Shown piece after piece: positions 24,909-38,462 of a DNA stretch of 64,000 bases. Origin of the DNA: Azolla caroliniana (Eukaryota; Plantae; Polypodiophyta); assembly GCA_043228905.1 (NCBI GenBank), contig JBHGNT010000013.1:10478001-10542000 (forward strand), in the 5' to 3' direction. A program made the translations under genes and the position numbers. A model generated the notes under the pieces. It did no database searches and was not told the DNA's origin. It saw only the letters and a program-made list of their open reading frames with translations. Within the stretch, counting starts at the first letter, position 1. Each line of letters starts with the position of its first letter.

Positions 24909-26256
24909 CCGATTTAATTACATATAAATAAATAAAATAATATATCAAGATATTTATCACGTGCATAGGGCAGGATTCGAACCCTGTACCTCCACGTAGC
25001 CAAACCTCAACCTTACCATTATGCTACCTTATCTTTAGTGTTCTATAAATAGATTTAATAACTATAAGTGCTTTATTTGCGCTTACCTTTATTAAAAGGT
25101 AAATCGTGCATTTTTAGAGTGTGTGAATATTTTATAGAAAAAAACGTAAGCAACTAAAAAGTGACTCGTGCACATCTAGCGTGCATGAGCACTATATTTA
25201 GCAAATAAAAGCAAGGATTAGAAAAGCATCACATGCATATTTAGTGTGCATGAACATATTAGAAAAAAAAGCATGTAGCTATGCTTAGTCTCTCCCATCA
25301 CTACATAAGGATGGGGAGCACAATGTAATAGTGTGTGAAATATTTGGGAAATTGGATATATTTCCTAAAACACCAATTAACAAACTATACTCGTGGGATT
25401 CACGAGATTTCTATATCTTTCTCTATCAATCTAAATACATATTCTTACATAAATATTAATCAATAAAATACATTATACTTGTGGGATTCACAAGTTTCTA
25501 ATAATCTACTCATAATTATAATAGTCTCAAATTCTTCCTCCTCCTAGTCCAAAACCCCGGTGGTTCCCACCCGACTCACGCAACGATCCGGAGCCGAAAG
25601 GCACGACAACGGTCTTCGCTAGACGGCGGTTACAACAGAGGGTGCTCGTAGCTACTCTCACGCTCTCTCTCTCTCTCTCTCTCGCTCTCTGTACAATAGT
25701 TATACACCTACAACAATATCAACAACTATAAAGTGATTGCCCTAAGTCATATTTATACTTATATGAACTTAGGGCTATTTACAAATATAGCCTCAATGGG
25801 CTTACTCAGAAACATATTTACAGATATGTCTTCTACATCTTGTTCTCACTAGGTCTTCTATGTCCGGTTCTCAAGATCCCATCCGGAGGGATAGAAATCC
25901 CAACACAATACACATGATAATCAACATACAAAACAATTATTGCAATCCAGGACCAAATAGTGGCAACAACTTGTTGGGTGTATGCACCTCTAGTGGGAGG
26001 ATGATCCGACTGTTCTGAAATCCGACAGTCGAAGAGTCGGAAAACAGGAGCCGAGTTGATGAGGAACTCGGCCGAGGCTGAAACCAGAATCGTGTAAATA
26101 GCCAACTTGGGAGACTATAATTTGTAAATAGTCTAAGTGTGTGCCCCATGAGGGCTACGTATGTAAATAACTAGAAAGTTGTGTAAGTATATATGCAACT
26201 AGGGCAAACTCTTAGTTGTGTGTGGAAAAAAAGAACAGAGTTAGAACTATAGAACA

Positions 26257-26316
<60 letters not shown>

Positions 26317-26614
26317 GTGAGCCGCGCCATATCTGTGTGAGTAACAGCAAATGCGAAGAGCCCTATGCGGCTGATACACTCGACAAAGTGTTGTATTCCT
26401 CTCGGTGTTGTATATCCACTTTCTATAGTGAAGAAATCTGTTCACCCGTGGTTTTCCCCGTTTTAGAGTTTCCACTTAAATCTCTATGCACCATTGTTCA
26501 TCTTGTCTTTTCTGGTATTTCTGTAATTCGTATTTCAGCATTGTCTGCTCATTGTGATTTATATATTCCGCAACGATTTCTCAACAAAGTGGTATCAGAG
26601 CTTGAGCTGCAAGC

Positions 26615-27222
26615 ATGGAAGGAGGTGTGAGCGGATTCCCAGGTATGATAGTTCTAAACTCTCAGAACTATGTAGACTGGAAGATAAAGATCGAAGACCT
26701 TCTCATAGTAAAAGACCTGTATGAGCCAATCGACAGAGCAGAAATACCTAGGGGGGTATTGGAGTCGGACTGGAAGCTTTTGAATACGAAGGCAGTGGAC
26801 ACAATCCGACAACGTGTCAATGTAAGTGTCCTTTAGCATGTGGCGAACGACACGAATGCCCACGAGATGTGGCAGAAGTTGTCGGGTTTGTACAAGAGGA
26901 AGAACGCTCTAAACAAAACCTCGCTAATGAGAAAGATCGTACGGCTGAAATACAAAGACGGTGAGAGCATCGTCGAACACATCATCACATTTATGGGGTA
27001 TGTAAATCAACTTGCTGCGACCAAGTTTCCCTTGGATGACGCAATGCAGGCCATCCTGCTGATGTGCACACTGCCGGAAAGCTGGGAGAACCTGGTGGTT
27101 ACTCTCAGCACCTCCTGTCAAGAAGAGAACTTGTCTTTACAAATGGTGAAGACAAGCATCCTAAACGAGGAGGCAAGGAGGAAGGACAAAGGAGTCCTGT
27201 CCCAAACGGAGTCGAATCTGAT
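26615..27222 (+). pseudogene. Copia-C gag (premature TAG, fused to pol by an internal deletion)
   Basis: MEGGVSGFPGMIVLNSQNYVDWKIKIEDLL..LPESWENLVVTL..ILNEEARRK. Confidence 0.9.
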
Positions 27223-27985
27223 TGTTAACTCTTAGGGCCGGACAATGGCCTAACACAGGGTGTCTACGGAAGACACTTCACCAAAGGGGTGTTACGGCAA
27301 GAGGATTAGAATCTGTTGGGATTACGGTCCCTCCGGATGGGATGGTCAGATGTCCGGGAATCGGGAATGAAGACCCGAATGAGGAGTACCCGGTATCGGA
27401 ACCGGATGATGAAGACCCGGTTTCGGATCCAGATGATGAAGACCCGGCTACGGAGCCGGATGACGAATGTACCCGGAGAGAGATCTGGATGCGGGGACAT
27501 ATTTGTGAATATGTTTGCCAAGGGCCCTCGAGGCGATATTTGTAAATAGCCCGAAAGTCATATGTGTATAAATATGACTTAGGGCAAACAGTTTTGTTGT
27601 TGTTGCTCATTTTTCTGTTTTCCACTTAGAGGGAGCGAAGTGAGAGCAACCGAGAGAGAGAGTGAGAGAGAGAGAGAGAAAGGAAGAGGTCGACGCCTCT
27701 GTGTAATACCGCCGCCTGTGGCGAGGACAGCGAGCTCAAGGTCGTCGCCTTGCAGCTCGCCATTGTACATTCCCTGCGTATAGTGATAGTTGGAGTCTTG
27801 CACTCCCGTGGTTTTTCCCGTCTAGGGTTTTCCACGCTAAACCCTGTGCATTCGAGTCTCTCTCTGTGTTTTCGATTTACTGCTGCATTGACTTGTGTGT
27901 CCTCGGTTGTGGCCGAGAGGTGAAGGTTTTGAAAGCGTCAATTTCTAACAATCTGGTATCAGAGCGACTGCAGTGCAAAAAAAAA

Positions 27986-29700
27986 ATGGAAGGCGGCAGC
28001 AGCGGGCAGCCGGGGATGATGGTGCTGAATGCGCAGAACTACGCCGACTAGAAGATAAAGATGGAGGATCTGCTCATTGTTCGGGACCTGTATGAACCGA
28101 TCGACAGGTCGGAAATACCCAAGGGGGTACTTGAGACGGAATGGAGGCTTCTGAACCGGAAAGCCGTTGCAACCATTCGGCAATACGTCGACGTGAGCGT
28201 TCTACAACATGTGGCGAACGACACCAACGCATATGAGATGTGGCAGAAGCTGTCGGGCCTCTACGAGAGGAAGAATGCGTTGAACCGGACCTCCCTGATG
28301 AGGAAGATAGTGAACCTCAAGTACCGGGACGGCGAGAGTATGGTGGAACACGTAAGCACGTTCATGGGATTCGTGAACCAGCTTGCGGCGATCAAGTTCC
28401 CGTTGGAGGATGCAATGCAAGCCATCATGCTGATGTGTACATTGCCGGAAAGCTGGGAGAACTTGGTGGTGACTCTCAGCACCTCCTGCACCGAAGATAA
28501 CTTGTCCCTACAAACGGTAAAGACAAGCATTTTGAACGAAGAAGCGCGTCGGGGAGATAAAGAACCGGCCTCCGATCCGAAGATGCTGCTTACCGAATCG
28601 GATCGGGGAAGACAACGGAACCGGAGTCCGCAAAGACGGGAGAAGTCGGGGACCCGGTCGCAGTCAAGAGGAAGGCCCACATGCTTCCACTGTGGGAAGC
28701 CGGGGCACTTCCGGAAGAATTGTCGGCATTACCGAAAGGACAACGGAGCCGACGACACCGATTCGAAGAAGTCTTCGGAACGGAACGGCGCTTACCGGGG
28801 AGCCACGGACCGGAATGGTTCGGATCGGCGAGGGCAGGACCGGAAAGGAACGACGGCACTCGCGGCAAGTGAAGAGGAGATCATGCTCATCACCGAAGAA
28901 GGTGAACTAAACATTGCCGGCGATGAGACCAGCTGGGTGGTCGATTCCGGAGCGTCGTTCCACCTGACCCCGGAAAGAAGATACTTCTCATCCTACACAG
29001 CCGGTGAGCATGGCTGTGTTCGGATGGGAAATGAAGGTACGTGCCGGATTGCCGGCATAGGAGACGTGTGGTTGACAACCTCAACCGGATGCAAAATGTT
29101 GCTGAAGGATGTCCGACACGTTCCGGAGGTTCGATTGAACCTGATTTCGGCCGGGAGGCTAGACGATGAAGGCTACACAGGTAGCATCCGGAACTGCGTA
29201 ATGAAGTTCAGCAAGGGGAGCCTGATAGTGGCTCGGGCCCGGAAAGTCAACACACTGTACCTTATGAATGCCTGGTTGTGTCCGGAGGAGTTGAACGTGG
29301 CAGCCGACACTGCCGGTGAGCTGTGGCACAAGAGACTGTGCCACATGAGTGAGAAGGGGATGAAGAGGCTTGCAGAAGACAACCTTATTCCAGTGAAGCA
29401 TGTGCACCTGGAGAAGTGCACCGATTGCCTGGCCGGTAAGCAGAACCGAACCTCCTTCCACTCAAGGCCACCGACGAGACGTAGCGCACCATTGGAGTTG
29501 GTGCACACTGACGTGTGTCAAGTAGAAACGAAGTCACATGGCGGAGCCCAGTACTTCGTGACATTCATTGATGACCACAGCCGGAAGCTGTGGACGGCAC
29601 CGTTGAAGACAAAGGACCAAGTGTTGTGCGTCTTCAAAGAACTCCACGCGAGAGTGGAAAGGGAATCCGGCAAGAAGCTGAAAGCGATACGAGCGGATAA
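27986..29700 (+). pseudogene. Copia-D gag, protease and integrase N-part
   Basis: CFHCGKPGHFRKNC, WVVDSGAS, WHKRLCHMS, LELVHTDVC, KAIRADN; one TGG>TAG near the start. Confidence 0.95.
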
Positions 29701-30125
29701 TGTTACCGGCCGGCAAGGACTCCAAAATACAGAGTGAAGGAATTAATTAAGTATGGTTGTAAATAAGCATAGTATGGACGGACGGACTGGAAACTGTATG
29801 CCGTTCCAGATCCGGACGGATCCCGAATAGGTGGGATAGGCACCGTTTTGTACTACGGGCCGGAAACCTATTTAAAGGCCCGGACCCCATTGTAATCGCA
29901 GCGGATAATTAATAGAGCGTATGGTGTTTATACTTCTGTGTTGATTTCCGTTCTGTACTTACTGTTATATCTTACGCATGTAATTAACAATAGCGCTCTA
30001 ATCGTGTAACCTACTTAAGTCGGTGTAATCGTTGAGTCATAATCCTATGCCGTAATCACCCTTTGGTGAAGTGTCTCCGTGACACCTTGTGTTAGGCCTT
30101 GTCCGGTCAGAGAATAACACAGTTT

Positions 30126-30136
30126 TGGCGACCACG
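30126..30136 (+). promoter_or_regulatory. PBS of G1 (tRNA-Arg-like)
   Basis: TGGCGACCACG, 6 nt after the 5' LTR and conserved in G2. Matches about 10 nt of the plant tRNA-Arg(UCG) 3' end (..GTGGTCGCCA, recalled). Confidence 0.7.
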
Positions 30137-30172
30137 ATTCCTGCTTTCTCGCAGCGAACGACAGCTTAATGG

Positions 30173-33100
30173 ATGACGTGACCAACGCACGACCTGGTTA
30201 CAGACCGAGCTCGACGCCTCGCCGAACGGCAAAGACGGCGTGAGACTTTCCAGCAAGCAGCGCACGAAATTCGCTCGGATCGTTCGTTCTCCAACGAGAT
30301 CCGGAGAGTCGCGGAGGAATCTCTTCGGTTACAACAAACTCGCGACCAGGACGACGGAAGCAGTCTAAGTAGTCTCCGGGAAACCGAACGCCTCCTCGAG
30401 GCGCTGGCAAGCGGAGAAAACGAGGCAGAAGCCTTTTCAGCCTACGAATCGGATTCCGAAGGGGGATACAGCGTGCACACGAACTACCGGAGCAGCAACG
30501 ATACCCCCGGCGGCCCGGAGGACGACGGGTCGGATACCGTGCCGACTCCAGAACCAGAACCGCTCGACCAGGGCTATCCGGAACCGCAAACGGAAGCCGT
30601 CAACCCACCAACACCGGAAGTGGAAGAAGCAAAGCCACCGACACCAACGAAAGAGCCGGCGAAGGTACCGGAAAAAGAACCGGAAGAGGAACCGGAAAAA
30701 GCACCGGCAAAACAACCGGAAGTGGAACCGGAGAGAAAACCGGAAAGATATCAACAAACGCCACTAAACCGCGGCCTAATACTGGACGACGACATGCCTT
30801 TCCAATACTCAAAGTATTGCGATGATCCGGACGCGGAAGCGCATGTTCATGCCTTCGAGCAGACATGGGAAGCAAATCACACGTCCGGTACCGACCGGCA
30901 CAGGATGTCCGGTACGGAGATAGACAAGAGAATGATGGCCGGTACGGGAATCGGCATGATAACTACGACCGGTATGAGCGATCGGACCGTTATCGGGAGT
31001 CCAACAGACGACACGAGCAATACGACAGAGACCATTCCCCTGGTTACCGAAGGCACCAGGAGGACTACGGCCGATTTTACGATCCACCACGACTGGACTA
31101 CCGAAATAAAAATAAGAATAATAAGAAACGTAATTTCAAGAAAGGTGGTCACACTAGGGACCCGGAACATGGAACCCCAAGGAGCCAACCGGCACAGAAC
31201 GCACCAATCACTACGGGACCGACTCCGGATACCAGCAATGCTGAATCCAGCAATACCCGTAAAGAGTACTGCTATTACTGCAGGCAGGAAGGCCACTACA
31301 GTAACCAGTGCCTGGCAAAGAGCTACGATAAACGACCAGCAGTTAATATGGTGGTTCCGGAAGTGGCGGATGTACAACAAGTAACCACACGGTCGAAAGG
31401 CATGGCCAAAGAGTGGGAAACACAAGAGGCCATACGAAAACAGGCGACGGAATGGGTGAAGGAAGCCAATGAAAGGAACGTCGCGGACGCGGAACGGCAA
31501 AAGGCGAATACCATAGGGAGTGCCGGCGGTAGCCACGCAGAAAACGAGACATGGCAATCACTGCAAGAATGTCAGATCACGTTGCCATTAGGAAGACTCT
31601 TGCAGCTCGTGCCGCGATTTACGGAAGGACTAAAAACGGTCATGACAGACGATATAGCCCCACCGGCACCAGTCCTCTTCTCGAATCCGGAGGAGGGACC
31701 GACGGTGGTGGACACTAGTAGTCCGGTGATTACAGCTATTGTCAAAGGGCACGAACTTCCCGGCACAGTAATCGATGGAGGTTCCGGGGTGAACGTAATA
31801 AGCCTCCACACGTGTGATGCCTTGGGTATACATGAATGGGAGCCATGTCCGTTCTGGCTACGGATGGCGGATACGAGCTCTGTACGGCCGACGGGCTTAA
31901 TACGGAAATTGGAAGTCACCATAGGAGGTCACACATTTCACATCTCGGCTGTAGTGCTGCAGCTATAGGCGCAAGGCGCGTACCCACTGTTGCTGGGCAG
32001 ACCATGGTTGAAAACAACACACATCAAGCAAAATTGGCGGAAAAATATGATTACCTTCCGGCGCGGAAAAGCCAAGGTCCGGGTACCGACACAACCACGG
32101 ACGAGCAACGGTAAGGAATGCACACCGCTATATGCGGAATGCGTGAACATGCTTGAAGGGTTGGCAGAAGACGAAGAAGCCCAGTACTTGGAGGAACACC
32201 CGAAGATCGTACCACTCTTCGAGATTGACGTAGCTGAAGCCGTAGTGCCATACTTGCCGCAGCGGGACGAAACCGAAGCCGAACCAGACAAAGATTCGAT
32301 TCGGGAATTACGGCAAGCACAGGAAGCGTTGGAACGGGAAATGGCCGTTTCCCAACGGGTAAAAACATCCCAGCTCGACGAAGTGAACCTAGGAAGCAAG
32401 GACGAATCAAAGCCGGTACACATCGCCAAAGAAATGAAGCCGGAAGATAAAGCGGCGATGATCAAACTTCTCACGGAGTTTCGCGACGTATTCGCCTGGT
32501 CATACGAAGACATGCGAGGGCTGGACCCTCAATTATATCAGCATCAGATCCACTTAGGCAAGGACGCGAAACCAGTGGCGCAAAGACGTTACCGAATGAA
32601 CCCCAACTACGCCGCCAAAGTGAAGGAGGAAATCGACAAACTCCTAAGAGTGGGCTTCATCCGGCCGGTAAAGAAAGCGACGTGGCTGAGCCCCATCGTC
32701 GTCGTCCCAAAGAAGAACGGTAAAATCCGCGTGTGTGTAGATTACAGGAAACTAAATGCAGCCACAATTACGGATGCATTCCCTCTTCCGTTCACGGATG
32801 GAGTACTGGATGCCGTCGCCGGCCATGAAGTTTATAGCTTTTTAGACGGGTTCAGCGGATACAATCAAATCCGGATGCACCCTGACGACCAGGAGAAGAC
32901 AACGTTCGTCACCGAATGGGGGGTGTTTGTGGCCGAAGTAATGATGTTCGGACTAAAAACGGCACCAGCAACTTTCCAGCGAATCATCATGGAGATCTTC
33001 GGCGAATACATTCCAGCCTTCATGCAGGTTTTCCTGGATGACTTTGCAGTCTATAGCCGGGAAAAAGACCATTTGCAGCACCTACGGTTATGCCTTGAAA

Positions 33101-35349
33101 AGTGTAGGTTATACCGGCTAAGCTTAAACCCAGCAAAATGCATCTTTGGGGTTTCAAGTGGAATCTTACTGGGACACATTGTAAGTAAGGAGGGCATTGC
33201 GGTCGACCCGGACGAAGTAAACGCGATACTAGGGGCACCGGCGCCGAAAACGGCCAAAGCACTAAGCCGATTCTTAGGACAGATCCGGTGGCACAGCCGG
33301 ATGCTCCGTCACTTGGCTGACTTGGCTACACCATTACACACCGCGGTACATCGGACACCGTTCCAATGGACGGATACGGAGGATAAGGCATACAATGCCC
33401 TGAAGGTACTTTTGTCGCAAGCACCCGTCGTGCAGCCTCCGGATTGGAGCAAGGAATTTCATGTGTTCGTTGACGCTTCCGACATCGCTATCGGCAGCGC
33501 CTTAATGCAACTTACGGAGCCTAAATGATACCGGCCGGTATATTACGCCAGCCGGAAGCTGTCCCAAGCGGAGAAGAACTATTCGACGACGGAACAGGAG
33601 GCCCTGGGCATGATCTACAGTGTCACAAAGTTTCGTCATTACCTATTGGGAAGGAAGTTCTCCTTTCATGTGGATCACTCGGCGCTCCTGTACTTAGTGT
33701 CCAAGGCGTCCCTGACCGGTAAGTTGGCCCGTTGGACCTTGCTGTTGCAGGAGTTCGAATTCGAGATCTTCCACCGGCCCGGTATCCAGCATGCCGTAGC
33801 AGACTACCTGAGCCGGTTAGAGTCCGGAGAATCAGGCGACGGAGTATCGGATGAATTCCCGGACGCAGAGTTATTCCGTATCACCCCGGAAACGGCAGCG
33901 GACGACACGGTGGCATCAGAAGATAGGTGGCTGACAAACATGCACCAGTTCCTAAGCACGGGCCTGCCACCGGAGGAAATGAACCGGGACGAGAGGAAAC
34001 GACTGGCGGTGCAGAGCCGCAATTTCTGTCTGTTACGGGACACTCTCTACCACAAGGGAGCAGATGGAATATGGAGACGGGCAGTCCGTAGTGACGAGAA
34101 ACAAGTAATCTTACAGGAAGCACACTGTGGGGTTGCCGGAGGACACTATGCCGGGGAAGCGATGGCAAGGAAAGTATGGCAGAGCGGCTTATGGTGGCCC
34201 ACGACGTTAAAAGACGCCGTCAAGTATGCTAAGGAATGTGACCTATGCCAACGAATGGGCCAGCCTACGGAGCAAGCACGGATGCCACACCAACTGGTAC
34301 TTCCACTAGAGCCATTCCAGAAGTGGGGGTTGGATTTTGTTGGACCGTTCAAGCCACCGGCAATGAGAACGGGTAATCGTTATGTCATCGTGGCAACGGA
34401 TTATTGCACTAAATGGGTGGAGGCTAAGGCCTTGAGAGACAATACCGCGTCATCCACAACAAAATTCCTGTACGAGAACATTTGGTGCCGATATGGATGT
34501 CCGATTGAATTAATCAGCGACCAAGGAGGACACTTCCTCGGCCAGGTAGTTGAAAGCTTAACAACGTTCTATGCCGTGGTCCATAAACGGAGCACACCGT
34601 ACTACCCACAGGCAAACGGGTTAGCAGAGTCAACCAACAAAACGCTCCAGAACATTCTCCGCAAAATCGTCAATGAAAACCGGACGGACTGGGATACAAA
34701 GCTCCATAGCGCGCTATGGGCGTACCGAACGGCATACAAAACAAGTATCCGGACAACGCCGTTCCGGTTAGCATTCGGCTTAGAAGCGGTCATGCCGGTG
34801 GAATTTCAGGTACCAAGCTTACGGATCCAACTACGGGAACGGCTGAATGAAAAGGAGTCGGAGGAAATGCGGCTAGCAGCACTATGTGAACTGGAGGAGC
34901 AACGGCTGGCCAACATCCTACACATGGAACTGGAGCAACGACGATGGAAAGCGTTCGTTGACCGTCACCGGAAAGGTAATGAAAAGATGTTCGAAATCGG
35001 AAAGCCGGTGCTAGTATTCCAAACGAGGATGGGCAAGATGTCGGGTAAACTCCGGTTTAGATGGACAGGCCCGTATTGGCTGACACGGGAATACAACGGG
35101 TCCTATCAGTTAGGGACACTTGCCGGTGAAGTGCTAGGCAAGTGGGTCAACGGATTTAGACTAAAGCCCTATAAAGGACCGATGCCAAGAAACCCGTTTA
35201 TGCAGCCCACCGGCACTATACCGGGAACCTGTCCGGGAACGGTACGGATGGAAGAAAAAGACGACGGGGAACCCGTAGCAGAGGCGAAGGAAGACACGGC
35301 AACCCGTAAGGAAAATGGTAAGGGTCCGAAGGGACCTACGGATGTGTAA
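30173..35349 (+). pseudogene. G1 gag-pol (gag with internal deletion, CCHC, PR, RT, RNase H, integrase); few stops
   Basis: CYYCRQEGHYSNQC, VIDGGSGVN, WLSPIVVVPKKNGKIRVCVDYRKLN, FLDDF, FVDASD, HH-CC zinc finger, WGLDFVGP, PQANGLAE, WTGPY. No chromodomain. Confidence 0.95.
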
Positions 35350-35737
35350 GATCACATACCGCCATTAAAAAGAGAAAAGAAAAAAAAAAAAGAAAAAAAA
35401 AAGAAAAGAAATCATTAAAAATCGAGGTATGAACGGACGTGAAAGCAAGGAGCGAAAAGGTACGTAGTGGGCATTTAAGAGCCGCCACATTACTTAATAC
35501 TAAATTGGTACACGACGTGCGCATGCTCGAAAAAGGTGCCAAGACGCACAGAGAAAAGAAGAACGCATGGAGACCTTTTTTTTTCGCGAGCCAAGAAGCA
35601 CAGAGGCACCAAGGCAGTGGAAGCTTAGCAAACGCGAACCTGCACTCAGAGAACCCCCACGTTCGGAACGCTCTCTCTCTCGCTCTCACTCTCATCACCA
35701 CTCTACCTCGCCATCTTTCCTCGACCTCGAAGCAGAC

Positions 35738-38450
35738 ATGGAACCACAAACGCTGTCGAAAACGGCCAGGAAATGGCTCAGACAACACGGACTGGAGGGG
35801 TTCTTGACCATCATGGAGGCACCACCGCACAAAGAAGCCGACCGGGTCATCAAGGAGCTCGACACAGAAGTCATCACCGAGGAAGCGATCCGTGCGCTAA
35901 CAGGCCTTCCGGAGGGAGGTATTTTTCAGATCGATAACCCAACCTCGGAGCAACTCATCCGATATTTCGGTGAGTACTCTCTAGCCGGCAAAGGCTATCG
36001 AACGCAGGGCGGCGAAGATCCGCTATTCAGGGAGATAGCTCGAGTGCTCCATGAGTACGGCCATGTGTACCCCCGACCCCCTGTCATGCCAAAAAATCGG
36101 GCAGGGATGATCATAGCCACCTATGAAGGGATCAAGGTGGACTGGCCGGTGTTGATTGCAGACGGTTTGTGCGCGGCAATCGACATGGTACGAGGGAAGG
36201 ACGGCAAGGAGGGCCGGAAGCTGTGGCATGCCGTAGCTCAGTGGATAACATTGCTCGTGCCGCCGGTCGAGACCGTTCAGCCAAAGAAGCGGCCAAGATT
36301 ATCGGAAGGAAGCACATCGAAACCCGCGTCCAAACGACAACAGCTGCTGGCGTCGAAGGCGACGAAAGGGAAGAAACGGCTCCCAGAACCGGAGGAGGTG
36401 TCACCGGTGGGACCCATTAAGATAACCATACGGCGACCGGGACAGAAGGAACCGGAACCCTTGACGGCACAGAAACATGTCGTTACCCAGGAAGAGGAAA
36501 CGGAGGAGCCAGAAGAGCACCTCCAACGACGGTCAAGAAGTAGGACCGCCGGGACAGCGGGGGAGCGTTCGGACCCGCAAAAAGGAAGAAACGCCCCCAA
36601 CTCAACCTGAGCAAACCACAAGGGAGGAACCGGAACCGGTGCGTATAGAACCGGCCTTGTCGACTTCTATACAAGAAGTCATTCCAACGGCTCCGGAGAC
36701 GGCGAGAACCGGAACTCAACAGCCGGCGAGCCCAGCCAGCGCACACAGCGGCCAAGGAGTAGAACCAGAACGGCAGATACAGGCACTCAGGCCAGACAAT
36801 TCCACAGTGAACGAGCCGACCCGACCAGTACAGCAGCAAGGCACCAGTAGCATGTGGCTACGGTGGGTAGGCGAGCAGATCGCCGGAGCGGTCGAGTACA
36901 TAGAGGCGGAAGAGAGAGCGCACCACGAACGGTTGCTCGTCACAACCGTAGATCTAGAGATGGCCCGGTCCAGAATCCGGAGCCTTGAACAAGACTTGGA
37001 CAGGGTCACAAGGGAAATGGCTCAATTGGCTTTGACAATACAAGTCCAAGCACCGGTGACTCCGGGCAATGTACAGAATAAAGCGTCAGATCAACCTGTA
37101 CATAGCAATCAGACCCCAGCAACGGAAACCGTTCCGGAGAGAAATGCGGCACAAGCCCAAGAGCTTGTGGACTTAAAGGATGAGCTAGCTACCCAAGAAG
37201 CGCTGAGGAGCCGCGAAAGAGAGTTGAAGACGGCAGCGGAGGCAGAACTCAAAAAGACTGCTGAGAATCTACGCCGGGCCGAGGAGAGCTTACCAAAAGG
37301 CCACCAAGCGTACGACCGGCTCAAGGAGGAAAAGGAGAAAATGCTGCAAGAGAAGGACAGGCTCCGGAGAAACGCCGAAACAGAAGTAGAGCGCCTGAAA
37401 GAGGAACTCCGGCAGCTAAAGGACCGGGAGGACCGGAACCATCGCCAGATCAACGGCAAGCTCAAACAAAAAACGGAGGAATTTGAGCACTTGCACCGGG
37501 AGTATAAACGGTTGCAAACGGAGCGCAAGGAACGGACGGATGAGCTCCGGCAAGCAGTTGATCGGACCGCAACGGCGTACGCTAAGGAACAAGCGGAAAC
37601 CAGAAGACGGTTGGAAGAGGCGGAGAAGGTTCGGACAGAGCTCCTCAGGCAACAGCAGGCGGAAAAAGAAAGAGCGGCGGAGGTACTGCAGAGGCTGCAA
37701 ACAACATATCAAGGGCAGCTGACGCGCTACAGAGAGCAGGCGGAGGATACGGCTAATCTCATTAAGCAGTTGAAGGAGGAACGACAAGTTGTGGAAAGTA
37801 GAGCGCAAATGGGAGCAAGTCGCATCCAGGATATCATGCGGGCCTGGTTGAACCAGACCAAGAGCTTGATTGACAACGGTTCCGTCAAATGGTGGACCAA
37901 GTGGGCCACGAATGCGGCGGAACTCCAATTGCTCCGGGCCGACGTAGAGAACCGGCGGAAGGAGGGAGATGATTGCTATATGCTGACTTCCGAAGACTTC
38001 ACCGGCATAAGAGATGAGCTGGCCGAAGACTTTCAAGCCTTGGCAGAGGACCAACTAGGGCAAGTTCGGCAACTTGTAGCTCAGCTGGACGACGACAGGC
38101 TGGAGGCGCAGATCCAGTTTGAAAGCTACGAGAGGTCCCGGATCCGGGAAGAGAAAGCACGAGAACCAGTAACGGTCAATCTCAGTGATGAGGAACCGTT
38201 ACTGGAAGGAGACCGGACCGGAAGCAGTCAAACGGAGATGCCGGAGTCAGAGAAACAAACGGAGCAGCCGCCTATAGAGATGCTGGAGTCAGAGAAACAA
38301 ACGGAGCAGCCGCCTATAGAGCAGCTGGAGCAGCCTCAGTCCCAACCACAACCACATCAGCAGCAGCAAGCACAGCCGCAACAACCACAACCGGAAGAAC
38401 AAGTGGAAACTCTGGAAGAAAGTATTTTGGACAATTTGGGTGAACAATGA
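35738..38450 (+). CDS. G1 extra 3' ORF: globular N-domain, Pro/Glu linker and long coiled coil; one frameshift near 36580
   Basis: ORFs 35567-36610 and 36477-38450, homologous to G2 45091-42240. Confidence 0.8.
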
Positions 38451-38462
38451 AGGGGCCGAGAA

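Larger units (their letters stand above)
22494..25608 (+). mobile_element. Young non-autonomous gag-only LTR retrotransposon (Gypsy-derived)
   Basis: Near-identical 748-bp LTRs at 22494-23241 and 24861-25608 (TGTCGT..ACGACA), 4-bp TSD ACGG, PBS at 23246-23263, PPT ggagggggcgag at 24849-24860. No pol. Confidence 0.95.
22286..25905 (-). mobile_element. Copia-type solo LTR (about 500 bp), split by the 22494-25608 insertion
   Basis: TSD caata at 22281-22285 and 25906-25910. Minus strand starts tgttgggatttctatccctccggatggga, similar to the Copia-D LTR start. Confidence 0.85.

Noticed and set aside
27222-27625. ORFs with DDEDP repeats (also 41129-41608)
   Set aside because: They arise from tandem repeats in the Copia-D LTR, and the frames are not preserved between the two LTRs.
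36477-38450. Host myosin/SMC-like coiled-coil gene or env gene
   Set aside because: It lies inside both LTR-bounded Gypsy copies and has no ATPase motifs, signal peptide or transmembrane helix.
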